DNA of 63,794 nt, counting the filler. It is 4 parts of 4 records of this genome, joined end to end, with 100 filler letters (N's around TTAATTAATTAA, not from the genome) between each part and the next. Parts side by side here need not be neighbours in the genome. Positions count along the whole stretch, not along the records: positions 1 to 27,975 come from DRR723986_7116; 3 more parts are not named here. The stretch is one strand, 5' to 3'. The notes under the pieces were generated by a model, which did not search any database, had not been told where the DNA came from, and saw only the letters and a list, made by a program, of their open reading frames with translations. Position numbers and translations under genes: made by a program. This document shows, piece after piece, positions 1-10,159 of the stretch (its first letter is position 1; the number at the start of each line of letters is the position of its first letter).

Positions 1-534
1 GATGCGGTAGAGCGTATCCTTGTTGCCCTGCCACAGATAAAGCCCGCGCGCGCCGATCGGATTGCTCGGACCGCCGTCCTGCCCGTCGCGATATTTTGCC
101 AGTTTCGGATCCCGTTCGATCATCTCGTCCGGCGGAAACCATTTCGGCCACTCGCGCTTGAAGCGGATTTCCGCTTCACCGTTCCAGGCAAAGCCGGCGC
201 GACCGACACCGATGCCATAGCGGATGGCACGACCACCGGGCTGGATCAGGTAGAGATACTTGCTACCGGGATCGACAACGATTGTGCCGGATGGATACTT
301 GCTCGGATAGAACACCACCTGGCGCAGATATTTCGGGTCGAACTTCTGATACTGGATCGCCGGTATCGAAAACCCGCCATCGGTTCTGGCGGCATAGGCC
401 GTCGCATAATCCGGTGTCCCGTCAGCCAGCGGGGTCAACCCCGCCTGCACGGTTGAACTCTGCTGGCTCTGGCAGGCTGCCAGCAGCAGGGGTATTGCAG
501 CAACAAATGTGCGTCGGCTCATCGTGGAAGCCAT
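1..534 (-). CDS. L,D-transpeptidase (ErfK/YkuD family) lipoprotein, 3' end runs off the window
   Basis: Not in the ORF track. Manual minus-strand translation gives MASTMSRRTFVAAIPLLLAAC (RR motif plus lipobox) ... GTIVVDPGSKYLYL...AIRYGIGVGRAGFAWNG...WPKWFPP...GGPSNPIGARGLYLWQGNKDTLYRI, typical YkuD motifs. Confidence 0.9.
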   Translation of the reverse strand, partial: MASTMSRRTFVAAIPLLLAACQSQQSSTVQAGLTPLADGTPDYATAYAARTDGGFSIPAIQYQKFDPKYLRQVVFYPSKYPSGTIVVDPGSKYLYLIQPGGRAIRYGIGVGRAGFAWNGEAEIRFKREWPKWFPPDEMIERDPKLAKYRDGQDGGPSNPIGARGLYLWQGNKDTLYRI

Positions 535-705
535 ATTCGCGTCCTTTCAGCGGCGTGCTCGAACCGTCAAACTTGCAATAATACGGTTCTGACCGGATCA
601 GAAAATTCTAAAGACACATCACGCGATCCAGGAGCGAAAGCAACATATTTATGGTAAACAGTTGATTAAAATTGGGGCTTTTCTGCCGTTAGGTTACGCA
701 AACAA

Positions 706-1650
706 TCAGGCGCTCAACCTGTTGCGGCAGGCAATCAGGTCCATTCTTGTGACAGGCACCAGCGCTCCACGGCTGCCGATCACATGCGCGGCAAGGGCAC
801 AACCCGCACGAACAGCCTCACGCGTTCTTGCCCGTTCCATGTATTCGACCAGGAACGCCGCATTGAAACTGTCGCCTGCTGCCGTCGTATCGACGACCGT
901 GCTTGCCGGTTCCGGCTGATACTGAAAACTGTCGCCATCGGCCCCGCGCACAAGGATCGGCCCCGCCCCGTTCTTGACCACGACCAGCCTCGCCCCATTG
1001 GCGAGATAGCGCGCCGCGGTCGCCGCTTCGTCGGCATCCTTGAAATGGCTGGCTTCATCTTCAAACGACGGCAGCACGATGCCGGCGACGCTGGCCGCCT
1101 TCATCGTCCAGCGGCACATTTCGTCACTGGCCGGCCACAGGCGCGGCCGCAGGTTCGGGTCGAAGACGATTTCCGCGCCGCGCCCGGCAGCTGCCTGCAG
1201 GGCGGATAGCAGCCGGTCCCGGGCCGCTTCGGCAAGGATGGCCACGGTGATACCGGAAAAATAGAGCAGGTCCCCTTCCCCGGCTGTCTCCAGTGCTGTG
1301 AGATCGTCGGCAAGATGCCGGGCCGCGGACTGCGAGCGCCAGTACTGAAAGCTTCGTTCGCCTTCGCTCAGGAAGATCATGTACATGCCCGGCGCAGCAC
1401 CTGGCACCCTAGCCATCAAGGGCCTGATTCCTGCAGCTTCGATAAAGTCCGTCAGTTGTCCGGAAAGTGCGTCATCGCCGACAGCACTCAGGTACCCGAC
1501 ATCCAGCTTTTCGGTGTCCGTCAGCTGGCGCGCGTACCAGGCCGTGTTGAACGTATCGCCGGCAAAGCCGACGGCGTAGGTTCCTGACGGTGTCGGTGAA
1601 AACTCGACCATGCATTCGCCGATGGCGAGAAACCGCATCGGCATACTCAT
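706..1650 (-). CDS. kdgK: 2-keto-3-deoxygluconate kinase (PfkB family)
   Basis: IGECMVE, AGDTFNTAWY, FDPNLRPRLW and DTTAAGDSFNAAF PfkB motifs; uronate context. Confidence 0.88.
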   Translation of the reverse strand: MSMPMRFLAIGECMVEFSPTPSGTYAVGFAGDTFNTAWYARQLTDTEKLDVGYLSAVGDDALSGQLTDFIEAAGIRPLMARVPGAAPGMYMIFLSEGERSFQYWRSQSAARHLADDLTALETAGEGDLLYFSGITVAILAEAARDRLLSALQAAAGRGAEIVFDPNLRPRLWPASDEMCRWTMKAASVAGIVLPSFEDEASHFKDADEAATAARYLANGARLVVVKNGAGPILVRGADGDSFQYQPEPASTVVDTTAAGDSFNAAFLVEYMERARTREAVRAGCALAAHVIGSRGALVPVTRMDLIACRNRLSA

Positions 1651-2339
1651 TCCTCGAAATGGTCCAGGTTCTCGGAGCGGATGCGGCCGAGAATGGTGGC
1701 AATCCGGCCCAGGTGTTCGGTCAGCATGGATTCGGCCAGTTTGCCGTCCCGCCTGCGAATGGCCGACATGATACGGAAATGGTCGTCCAGTGCGACTTGC
1801 GCGCCGGACGCCAGCGACAGGAACCGCACCCGGTCCATATGCGCTTTCTGCTCGCGGATCAGCGCCCAGACATAGTCGTGGCCCGAGATTTCACAGATCC
1901 TCCGGTGAAACGTATCGTCAAGCGTGTGAAACAACTGGCGTTCGTTCGCATCCACCGCCGCCTGCTGCTGTGCAAGCAGCTCGTCCAGATCGTCGATCTG
2001 TGCGTCCGTGATGACTTCGATGGCGGCTCGCATGCAGGCAACTTCCAGCGCCGTCCGCACGAATTTGGCCTTCAGCACCGCAACTTCCGAGATCTTGGAG
2101 ATAACCGTTGCCCGTTGGGGCCGGATCAAAAGGAACCCGAGCTGCGACAGCCGGTAGAAGGCATCGCGCACGGGTTGGCGAGACACGCCGAAGGCCTTGG
2201 CCACTTCCGCTTCCGACATGCGCGTGCCCGGCGCCAGGTCCAGTGACAGGATCTGCTGGTGCAATTCCTCGAACACCGTATCTGCGACGGTCGGGATCTT
2301 GATCGGCTCGAGCACCTTCAGGGCGCTACTTTCTGACAT
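1647..2339 (-). CDS. GntR/FCD transcriptional regulator of the uronate operon
   Basis: N-terminal HTH (SEAEVAKAFGVSRQPVRDAF) and FCD domain (LDDTFH); divergent from uxaC. Confidence 0.9.
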   Translation of the reverse strand: MSESSALKVLEPIKIPTVADTVFEELHQQILSLDLAPGTRMSEAEVAKAFGVSRQPVRDAFYRLSQLGFLLIRPQRATVISKISEVAVLKAKFVRTALEVACMRAAIEVITDAQIDDLDELLAQQQAAVDANERQLFHTLDDTFHRRICEISGHDYVWALIREQKAHMDRVRFLSLASGAQVALDDHFRIMSAIRRRDGKLAESMLTEHLGRIATILGRIRSENLDHFEE

Positions 2340-2368
2340 CAGCGTTGTCTCCGTTGACTCGTCTACTC

Positions 2369-2393
2369 AACTAGCATATCAGTTTACTAGTAG
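2369..2393. promoter_or_regulatory. Putative GntR operator between gntR and uxaC
   Basis: AACTAGCATATCAGTTTACTAGTAG contains repeated ACTAG half-sites and the palindrome TACTAGTA in a short divergent intergenic region. Confidence 0.4.
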
Positions 2394-2431
2394 CAACATC
2401 AGCCTGCCCAAAGGCGCCACGGGAGAAACGA

Positions 2432-3874
2432 ATGTCACTGGAAAGAGCGGATGCACCGGATATTTCGGAACAGGGCCTTGACCCGCACCGCCTGTTTCCC
2501 GCCGATGCGACCTCGCGCAAGATCGCGACGGAGCTTTATGCCACCGTCAAGGATCTGCCGATCGTCAGCCCGCACGGGCACACGGATCCGCGCTGGTATG
2601 CCGAAAACGAAGCTTTCCCCGATCCGGCGCAACTGTTCATCGTTCCCGATCACTACGTCTTCCGCATGCTGTTCTCGCAAGGGATCGACCTCAGCCAACT
2701 GGGTGTACCGCGCATCGACGGCGGCTTGAGCGAGACCGACAGCCGCAAGATCTGGCGCACCTTTGCCGAGAACTTCCATCTTTTCCGGGCCACACCTTCA
2801 CGCATGTGGCTGGAGCATTCCTTCCAGGAAGTCTTCGGCTGGACCAAACGGATCTCCGCCAAAACCGCGGATGAAGCCTACGACCACATTGCCGATTGCC
2901 TGAGCCGCCCGGAATTCCGACCGCGTGCGCTGTTCGAGCGCTTCAACATCGAGGTGATCGCAACCACGGAATCACCGCTGGACGACCTGAAATGGCACCG
3001 ACAGATCCGGGACAGCGGCTGGAAAGGGCGGGTCGTCACGGCTTATCGCCCCGATGCGGTTGTCGACCCGGAGTTCGAGGGATTTAGCGCCAACGTCGAA
3101 AAATTCGGCGAGCTCGCCGGTGAAGACACCACCAGCTGGCAGGGCTACCTCAATGCCCACCGGGTGCGCCGAGCCTATTTCAAGTCCTTCGGTGCAACGT
3201 CGTCCGATCATGGTCACGCCACCGCGCGCACCGAGAACCTGCCGGCTGCGGATGCTGCAGCCCTGTTCCAGAAGGCCCTGAAGGGCGATTGCTCACCAGA
3301 GGAAGCCGACGCATTCCGCGGCCATATGCTGACGGAAATGGCACGAATGAGCCTCGAGGACGGGCTGGTTCTGCAGATTCATCCGGGCAGCTACCGCAAT
3401 CATTCGTCCGGCATCATGGCAGCGCATGGCCGGGACAAGGGTTTCGACATCCCCACCCAGACCAGCTACGTCAAGGCGCTCAAGCCGCTGCTGGACGCGG
3501 TCGGTCTGGAAAAGGACCTTTCGATCATTCTCTTCACGCTGGACGAAACGGCCTATTCTCGTGAATTGGCTCCGCTTGCCGGCGTCTATCCGACGCTCAA
3601 GCTCGGTCCGGCCTGGTGGTTCTACGACAGCCCGGAAGGCATGCGCCGCTACCGGGAACTGACCACGGAAACCGCGGGTTTCTACAACACAGTCGGTTTC
3701 AACGACGACACCCGCGCCTTCTGCTCGATTCCGGCCCGCCACGATGTGGCCCGCCGTGTCGATTGCGCTTACCTCGCATCGCTCGTGACATCCGGGAGGC
3801 TGGACGAGGACGAGGCATATGAGGTCGCTCACGACCTCACTTACAGGCTTGCCAAGCAGGCCTATCGGCTCTGA
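2432..3874 (+). CDS. uxaC: Glucuronate (uronate) isomerase
   Basis: [29 protein letters not shown] and [17 protein letters not shown] motifs. Confidence 0.95.
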   Translation: MSLERADAPDISEQGLDPHRLFPADATSRKIATELYATVKDLPIVSPHGHTDPRWYAENEAFPDPAQLFIVPDHYVFRMLFSQGIDLSQLGVPRIDGGLSETDSRKIWRTFAENFHLFRATPSRMWLEHSFQEVFGWTKRISAKTADEAYDHIADCLSRPEFRPRALFERFNIEVIATTESPLDDLKWHRQIRDSGWKGRVVTAYRPDAVVDPEFEGFSANVEKFGELAGEDTTSWQGYLNAHRVRRAYFKSFGATSSDHGHATARTENLPAADAAALFQKALKGDCSPEEADAFRGHMLTEMARMSLEDGLVLQIHPGSYRNHSSGIMAAHGRDKGFDIPTQTSYVKALKPLLDAVGLEKDLSIILFTLDETAYSRELAPLAGVYPTLKLGPAWWFYDSPEGMRRYRELTTETAGFYNTVGFNDDTRAFCSIPARHDVARRVDCAYLASLVTSGRLDEDEAYEVAHDLTYRLAKQAYRL

Positions 3875-3897
3875 CGAGCCAATTTCGGGAGGAGACT

Positions 3898-4878
3898 ATG
3901 AAAGTATTGAAGACCCTTGCGGCATCGCTTCTGGCCACCGCCGCGCTCACATCCGCATCGCTTGCATGCGAAGTGACACTGAAATCGTCCGACACCCATC
4001 CGGACGGCTATCCGACGGTGGAGGCCGTCAAGCAGATGGGCAAGCTGCTGGAAGAGCGCACTGACGGCCGCATCTGTGTCGAAGTGTTCCATTCCGCGCA
4101 GCTTGGCGAGGAAAAGGACACCATCGAACAGACCAAGTTCGGCGTCATCGACCTGAACCGCGTCTCCATGGGCCCGTTCAACAACCTGGTCGAGGAAACC
4201 AAGGTTGTCTCGCTGCCTTACATCTTCAAGGGCGTCGATCACATGCACACAGTGATGGACGGTCCGATTGGTGACGAGATCCTGGCGGCTTTCGAACCGC
4301 ACGGCTATGTCGGCCTTGCCTTTTACGACGGCGGGTCGCGCAGCTTCTACAACAAGGTCAAACCGATCAAATCGATTGAAGATCTTGAAGGCATGAAGGT
4401 TCGCGTCATGCAGTCCGACATCTTCGTCGACATGATGTCGGCGCTCGGTGCCAACGCGACGCCGATGCCCTATGGCGAAGTCTATTCGTCCATCCAGACC
4501 GGCGTTATCGACGGTGCGGAAAACAACTGGCCGTCCTACGAATCTTCCGGTCACTTCGAAGTTGCCGGCTACTACACTCTGGACGAACACCTGATCGTGC
4601 CGGAAGTGCTGGTGATGTCGAAGAAGTCCTGGGACAATCTGTCTCCGGAAGACCAGGCAGCCGTCCGCCAGGCTGCAAAGGACTCGGTCCCCTTCATGCG
4701 CGAACAGTGGCAGGCACGCGAAAAGGCGTCTGAAGAAAAAGTTCGCGCTGCCGGTGTCGAAGTCGTCACGGAAATCGACAAGGAGCCGTTCATGGCAGCC
4801 ATGGACAGCGTCTACGAGAAGCACGTGACCTCCGAAAATCTGAAGGATCTCGTCGCCCGCATCCGCGCGACCGACTGA
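3898..4878 (+). CDS. TRAP transporter substrate-binding protein DctP
   Basis: Signal peptide; [40 protein letters not shown]. Confidence 0.93.
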   Translation: MKVLKTLAASLLATAALTSASLACEVTLKSSDTHPDGYPTVEAVKQMGKLLEERTDGRICVEVFHSAQLGEEKDTIEQTKFGVIDLNRVSMGPFNNLVEETKVVSLPYIFKGVDHMHTVMDGPIGDEILAAFEPHGYVGLAFYDGGSRSFYNKVKPIKSIEDLEGMKVRVMQSDIFVDMMSALGANATPMPYGEVYSSIQTGVIDGAENNWPSYESSGHFEVAGYYTLDEHLIVPEVLVMSKKSWDNLSPEDQAAVRQAAKDSVPFMREQWQAREKASEEKVRAAGVEVVTEIDKEPFMAAMDSVYEKHVTSENLKDLVARIRATD

Positions 4879-5000
4879 TCTTCGCAAGCCTGCAGCCGGC
4901 AAAGCTGTTTCGCGGTCCATCGACCGCGGAACGGCCCGGCTGGCTGCTGGCCGTTTTTCAGGATCCGCCTTGACCCGGTTCCCTGCTTCAGGATCTCGAC

Positions 5001-5528
5001 GTGCAGCCTCATCTCAAGTTCACCGCGCAGATGTTGCGCCATGTCTCCACGGCAGCGCTCTGGCTTGCCGGAGGCGGCCTCATACTCATGACCGTGTTCA
5101 TCACGGCGCAGGTCTTCATGCGCTACGTCATGAACGACAGTCTCGTCTGGTCGGAACCTGCTTCCGTCATCCTGATGGGCTGGTTCATCTTCCTGGGCGC
5201 CGCCGTCGGCATCCGTGAAGGTTACCATCTCAGTTTCGACGTCCTGCTCTACTTTCTGCCGCAGGGAGCCAAACTGGTGCTTTACAGCATCTCCGATGCC
5301 GTGGTCGCCGCCTTTGGCGCGGGCATGGCCTGGTACGGCGCGGAACTGGCGCTGTCGGCCTGGGATGTAAAACTGCCGTCGCTCGGCGTTTCAGGCGCGG
5401 TTGATTTCCTGCCGCTCGTTGGCGGCGGTTGCCTGGTTTTTCTCTTTTCCATCGAACGCCTGATGCGTCGCGCAGCCGGTCTGCCGACCGCACGCTTCGG
5501 CGAAGATCCCATCGAAGAGGCTGCTTGA
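5001..5528 (+). CDS. TRAP transporter small permease DctQ
   Basis: Four hydrophobic segments, QVFMRYV...WSE...W..FLGA..G.R.G.HL; lies between dctP and dctM. Confidence 0.9.
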   Translation: MQPHLKFTAQMLRHVSTAALWLAGGGLILMTVFITAQVFMRYVMNDSLVWSEPASVILMGWFIFLGAAVGIREGYHLSFDVLLYFLPQGAKLVLYSISDAVVAAFGAGMAWYGAELALSAWDVKLPSLGVSGAVDFLPLVGGGCLVFLFSIERLMRRAAGLPTARFGEDPIEEAA

Positions 5529-5529
5529 T

Positions 5530-6810
5530 ATGGAACCCGTAATCCTCTTCGGCACTTTCACGGTTCTGCTCCTGATCGGCACACCCGTCGCCTTCTGCCT
5601 GGGCGCAGCGTCGCTGGCCACCGTGCTCTACATGGGCCTGCCGCCCGTGGTCGTCTTCCAGCGCCTGAACTCGGGTGTCTCCGTTTTCGCGCTGATGGCG
5701 ATCCCCTTCTTCATTTTTGCCGGCGAACTGATGGTGCGCGGCGACATTGCCCGAAGGCTGGTGGCGCTCGCCGGGGCCGTGGTCGGGCATATGCGCGGCG
5801 GTCTCGGTCAGGTAAACATCACCGCCTCCGTGCTCTTCGGCGGCATCTCCGGCTCCGCCGCGGCGGATGCAACCGCCATCGGCGGCCTGATGATCCCGCA
5901 GATGAAGGAAAAGGGCTATTCGGTCGAATACGGTGTCAACGTCACCGTGGTCTCCTCGATCATTGCGCTGATGCTGCCGCCCTCGCACAACATGATCATC
6001 TATTCGATCTCGGCTGGCGGGCGTCTTTCCATCGCCGACCTGTTCACCGCGGGCATCCTGCCGGGCCTCTTGCTCGCAGTTTCCCTGATGGTCACTGCCT
6101 GGTTCGTTGCCCGCCGTGCCGGTTATCCGACGGAACGTTTTCCCGGCCTGTCGGCTCTTGGTGCGATGTTCATCAACGCCATTCCAGGCCTGCTGTTGAT
6201 CGGCATCATCTTCGGCGGCGTGCGCTCCGGTGTGTTTACCGCTTCCGAAAGCTCCTGCATCGCGGCCGTCTACGCGCTGCTGGTAACCACGCTTGCCTAC
6301 CGCACCATGCACTGGCCGGAATTCGTCGCCGCGACGAAAGCCGCGGTGCGCACCACCGCCATGGTGCTGTTGGTCATCGGTTGTGCGGCCTCCTTCGGCT
6401 GGCTGCTGGCCTTCTTGCGCATCCCTGCGGAACTGGTGGCATTCATGAAAGGCATTTCCGAGAACCCGCTGATCATCCTGCTGATGATCAACATCGTGCT
6501 GCTCTTCCTCGGCACCTTCATGGACATGTCGCCGCTGATCGTCATCACCACGCCGATCTTCCTGCCGGTTGCCACCGCTTTCGGTGTCGACCCGGTCCAT
6601 TTCGGTGTCATCCTGGTGCTCAACCTCGGTATCGGCCTGTGCACGCCGCCGGTCGGCACAGTGCTCTTTGTCGGCTGCGCCGTTGGCCGGATATCGGTCT
6701 GGGATGCGATCAGGACGATCTGGCCCTTCTACGGTGCCGCCATCTTCACATTGCTCCTGGTGACCTACATCCCGTCCCTGTCGCTGTGGCTGCCATCCCT
6801 GTTCCATTGA
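5530..6810 (+). CDS. TRAP transporter large permease DctM
   Basis: AIPFFIFAGELM, GGISGSAAADA, DPVHFG, GLCTPPVG. Confidence 0.95.
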   Translation: MEPVILFGTFTVLLLIGTPVAFCLGAASLATVLYMGLPPVVVFQRLNSGVSVFALMAIPFFIFAGELMVRGDIARRLVALAGAVVGHMRGGLGQVNITASVLFGGISGSAAADATAIGGLMIPQMKEKGYSVEYGVNVTVVSSIIALMLPPSHNMIIYSISAGGRLSIADLFTAGILPGLLLAVSLMVTAWFVARRAGYPTERFPGLSALGAMFINAIPGLLLIGIIFGGVRSGVFTASESSCIAAVYALLVTTLAYRTMHWPEFVAATKAAVRTTAMVLLVIGCAASFGWLLAFLRIPAELVAFMKGISENPLIILLMINIVLLFLGTFMDMSPLIVITTPIFLPVATAFGVDPVHFGVILVLNLGIGLCTPPVGTVLFVGCAVGRISVWDAIRTIWPFYGAAIFTLLLVTYIPSLSLWLPSLFH

Positions 6811-6820
6811 GGCAAAACCA

Positions 6821-7138
6821 ATGTTCGTGAAAACCTTTCCCGAAGTGACCGCCGATCCGGGCATCCGCCGGCAGGTGCTGTCCGACAGTCCCGACCTGAT
6901 GGTCGTCGCCTTCCGCTTCCAGCAGGAAGGTGCGGAAGGCAAGCTGCACAATCATCCACACGTCCAGTCGACCTACGTCGAAAGCGGCCGTTTCCGCTTC
7001 ACCATCGACGGCGAGAGCTTCGACGTCAGTCCCGGCGACAGCTTCGTCATCCCCTCCAACGCCCTGCACGGGTGCGTGTGCCTGGAACCGGGAACACTGG
7101 TCGACACCTTCACCCCGCGCCGCGACGACTTTCTTTGA
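6821..7138 (+). CDS. kdgF: Cupin protein, KdgF-like (unsaturated uronate linearization)
   Basis: HNHPHVQSTYVESGRF and C-terminal DTFTPRRDDFL; directly before kduI. Confidence 0.8.
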   Translation: MFVKTFPEVTADPGIRRQVLSDSPDLMVVAFRFQQEGAEGKLHNHPHVQSTYVESGRFRFTIDGESFDVSPGDSFVIPSNALHGCVCLEPGTLVDTFTPRRDDFL

Positions 7139-7165
7139 ACACCGCCTGCACCCAAGGACTTTGCC

Positions 7166-7990
7166 ATGCTGACCGTTGAAACCCGCTATGCCATCGACCC
7201 GGACACCGCCAAGACTCTCGACACCACGGGTCTTCGCAATCATTTCCACGCCGCCGGTCTTTTCCAGGATGGCAAGATCAACCTGATCTACACCCATTAC
7301 GACCGGTTGATCCTGGGCGGCGCTGTCCCCGGAACTGGCGAACTCGTTCTGGATGAAGTGAAGGAAGCCGGCACCCCGTCCCTTCTCGACCGCCGCGAAC
7401 TCGGCATTCTCAATATCGGGGAGGCCGGCACCGTAAAGGCGGGTGGCGAGACCTATCAGGTCGGCAAGGGAGATGTGCTCTACATCGGCATGGGCTCCGG
7501 ACCCGTCACCTTCTCCGGCCCGGGCCGCTTCTACATCCTGTCGGCGCCCGCGCACCGGGTCTGCCCAAGCAGGCTGATCACCGTCAAGGACGCGCGCCGG
7601 GTGGAACTCGGCTCGGCGGAAACCTCCAACGAGCGCGTCATCCTGCAATTCCTGCATCCGGAAGTCGCCGAAAGCTGCCAGTTGCTTATGGGCTACACCC
7701 AGTTTGCGCCCGGCTCGGTCTGGAACACCATGCCGGCCCATGTCCATGACCGGCGCATGGAAGCCTATCTCTATTTCGAGCTTGGCCCGGACCAGCGTGT
7801 GTTCCACTTCATGGGCAAGCCGGACGAGACCAGGCACCTGGTGATGGCCAACGAGGACGCCGTGGTCTCTCCGCCCTGGTCTATCCATTGCGGCGCCGGC
7901 ACGGGGGCCTACACGTTCTGCTGGGCCATGGCCGGCGATAATGTCGACTTCACCGACATGGACATGGTCGCCATGGGAGACCTGCGATGA
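7166..7990 (+). CDS. kduI: 4-deoxy-L-threo-5-hexosulose-uronate ketol-isomerase
   Basis: YTHYDR, RRELGILNIG, SVWNTMPAHVHDRRMEAYLYF, SPPWSIHCGAGT. Confidence 0.96.
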   Translation: MLTVETRYAIDPDTAKTLDTTGLRNHFHAAGLFQDGKINLIYTHYDRLILGGAVPGTGELVLDEVKEAGTPSLLDRRELGILNIGEAGTVKAGGETYQVGKGDVLYIGMGSGPVTFSGPGRFYILSAPAHRVCPSRLITVKDARRVELGSAETSNERVILQFLHPEVAESCQLLMGYTQFAPGSVWNTMPAHVHDRRMEAYLYFELGPDQRVFHFMGKPDETRHLVMANEDAVVSPPWSIHCGAGTGAYTFCWAMAGDNVDFTDMDMVAMGDLR

Positions 7991-8715
7991 GCCCGTTTTC
8001 CCTGGAAGGCAAACGCGCCCTGGTGACAGGCGCCAACACCGGCATCGGCCAGGCCATTGCCATCGCCATGAGCAAGGCAGGCGCCGAAGTTCTGTGCGCG
8101 GCCCGGCGCGACTGCGACGAAACGCTGGCCCAGATAACCAGAGGTCGCCATGTGCATCTCGATCTGTCCGACCCGATGGCTGCGATGCCACTGTTCGAGG
8201 CGGAACAGATCGACATCCTGGTCAACAATGCGGGCATCATCCGCCGCGGCACGGCGGACAGCTTCAGCGAAGCCGACTGGGACGACGTGATGGACGTCAA
8301 CCTGAAGTCCGTTTTCTTCACCTGCCAGGCTTTCGGCAATGCCGCGTTCAATGCCGGCCGGACCGGGGCAATCGTCAACATTGCCTCGCTGCTGTCCTTC
8401 CAGGGCGGTATCAAGGTCGCGTCCTACACCGCGGCCAAACACGGCGTTGCCGGCATCACCAAACTGCTGGCGAACGAATGGGCGGCGCGGGGCATCAATG
8501 TCAACGCCATTGCACCGGGTTACATCGCCACCAACAACACCGAAGCCCTGCGTGACGACCCGGAGCGCAGCCGGCAGATCCTGGAACGCATTCCGGCCGG
8601 CCGCTGGGGTGAAGCCAGCGACATTGGAGAAGCCGCGGTCTTTCTCGCTTCACCGGCTGCAAAATACATTCACGGCGCTGTCCTAAATGTGGATGGAGGC
8701 TGGCTTGCACGCTGA
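7987..8715 (+). CDS. kduD: 2-dehydro-3-deoxy-D-gluconate 5-dehydrogenase (SDR)
   Basis: TGANTGIG, NNAGIIRR, ASLLSFQGG, SYTAAKHG, VDGGWLAR; ATGA overlap with kduI. Confidence 0.94.
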   Translation: MSPFSLEGKRALVTGANTGIGQAIAIAMSKAGAEVLCAARRDCDETLAQITRGRHVHLDLSDPMAAMPLFEAEQIDILVNNAGIIRRGTADSFSEADWDDVMDVNLKSVFFTCQAFGNAAFNAGRTGAIVNIASLLSFQGGIKVASYTAAKHGVAGITKLLANEWAARGINVNAIAPGYIATNNTEALRDDPERSRQILERIPAGRWGEASDIGEAAVFLASPAAKYIHGAVLNVDGGWLAR

Positions 8716-10159
8716 CTTGCCGCGCCTTTCCAGAACAACACCGGCGGCAAAAGCCGGCATCGTTCATCTGGGGCTCGGAGCATTTTTCCGGGCCTTTGGA
8801 GCGATCTACATAGAAGAAGCCACGAAGGCTGCAGGCGGCACCGGACAGAACAACTGGGGCATCATCGGCGTCAGCCTGCAAAGCCCACGCATGCATGACC
8901 AGCTGGCTCCGCAGGACTTTGTCTACACAGCGCAGGAACTTGGCCCGGAAGGCGAAACCCTTCGCCAGGTAGAGATCATCCGGGATGTGCTGGTCGCACG
9001 GGAAAACCCGGAAGCCGTGCTGGCCGCGATGGCGGATCCCGACGTCAGGATTGTCACCCTGACCGTGACGGAAAAGGGTTATTGCCACGATCCGGCAACC
9101 GGCAGACTGAATGCCGATCACCCGGACATCACACACGACCTGAAAGCCGCGCTGCCTGTCTCCGCTCCGGGTTACCTTGTGCGGGCGCTTGCAAGACGGA
9201 AGGCCGCCGGCTTGCCGCCCTTTACCGTGCTCACCTGTGACAACCTGCCGGACAATGGCCGCCTGGTCCGCCGGATTGTCCTGGATCTTGCCGGGAGGCT
9301 CGATCCGGAACTGGCCGCGTGGATCGAAACCGAAGGCCGTTTCCCGTCAACCATGGTCGACCGGATCGTGCCTGCCACAAAACCAGAGGATATCGACGCC
9401 CTAGCCCGCAAGACCGGCCGCTACGATGCAGCCCCTGTGCTGCATGAGCCGTTCCGCCAGTGGGTGGTGGAAGATGATTTCGTCCCGGCTTACGGCGCGG
9501 ATGCGAGGCCGGACCTCGGTGCCGTAGGTGTCGAGCTTGTTGAGAGCGTCACCGCGTTCGAGCACATGAAGTTGCGTATGCTCAACGGCACGCATTCCTC
9601 GCTGGCTTACCTCGGCTATCTCGAGGGGCACGAGACGATCGCCGAAACCGTTGCAGATCCGCTGTTTGCCGGGTTCGTGAAAAACCTGTGGCGCCAGGAA
9701 ATCATTCCGTCCTTCGAGGCTCCGCCGGGTGTTGATCTGGAAGCCTACGCGGATGCGCTTTTCGAACGCTATGCAAATCCCGGCATCCGGCACCGCACCT
9801 GGCAGATCGCCATGGACGGCAGCCAGAAACTGCCTCAGCGCATTCTCGGCACCGTGCGCGACAACCTGACGAACGGTCGAAACTGCCCTGGCCTTTGCCT
9901 CGCGATTGCCGCCTGGATGATCTATGTCGGCGGCACCGATCTTAAAGGCAAGCCGATTGACGTGCGCGATCCGCTGAGCGATCGCCTCAAGTCTCTTGTC
10001 GGAGAAAGCGATGGCGACGCCGGCAAGGTGGCAGCGCTTCTGGGTGTCACCGAAGTCTTCGAACCCGACCTCGCCGCTGCCATTCTGGCGCCCGTCACCG
10101 CCGCCTATGCTGCCTTGAAGGCTGACGGTGTCGGCAAATCAATCGGAACCCTGTCATGA
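8687..10159 (+). CDS. uxuB: Mannitol dehydrogenase family, D-mannonate oxidoreductase (exact start uncertain)
   Basis: GIVHLGLGAFFRA, TLTVTEKGY, TCDNL, FPSTMVDRIVP, KLRMLNGTHS, QIAMDGSQKLPQR; precedes uxuA. Confidence 0.85.
   Translation: MWMEAGLHADLPRLSRTTPAAKAGIVHLGLGAFFRAFGAIYIEEATKAAGGTGQNNWGIIGVSLQSPRMHDQLAPQDFVYTAQELGPEGETLRQVEIIRDVLVARENPEAVLAAMADPDVRIVTLTVTEKGYCHDPATGRLNADHPDITHDLKAALPVSAPGYLVRALARRKAAGLPPFTVLTCDNLPDNGRLVRRIVLDLAGRLDPELAAWIETEGRFPSTMVDRIVPATKPEDIDALARKTGRYDAAPVLHEPFRQWVVEDDFVPAYGADARPDLGAVGVELVESVTAFEHMKLRMLNGTHSSLAYLGYLEGHETIAETVADPLFAGFVKNLWRQEIIPSFEAPPGVDLEAYADALFERYANPGIRHRTWQIAMDGSQKLPQRILGTVRDNLTNGRNCPGLCLAIAAWMIYVGGTDLKGKPIDVRDPLSDRLKSLVGESDGDAGKVAALLGVTEVFEPDLAAAILAPVTAAYAALKADGVGKSIGTLS

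Noticed and set aside
5230-8191. Long antisense ORFs (5230-6951, 6746-8191) and similar ones opposite pheT, ftsH, tilS and tolA
   Set aside because: Shadow frames of high-GC genes with no recognizable motifs, fully overlapping well-supported genes.
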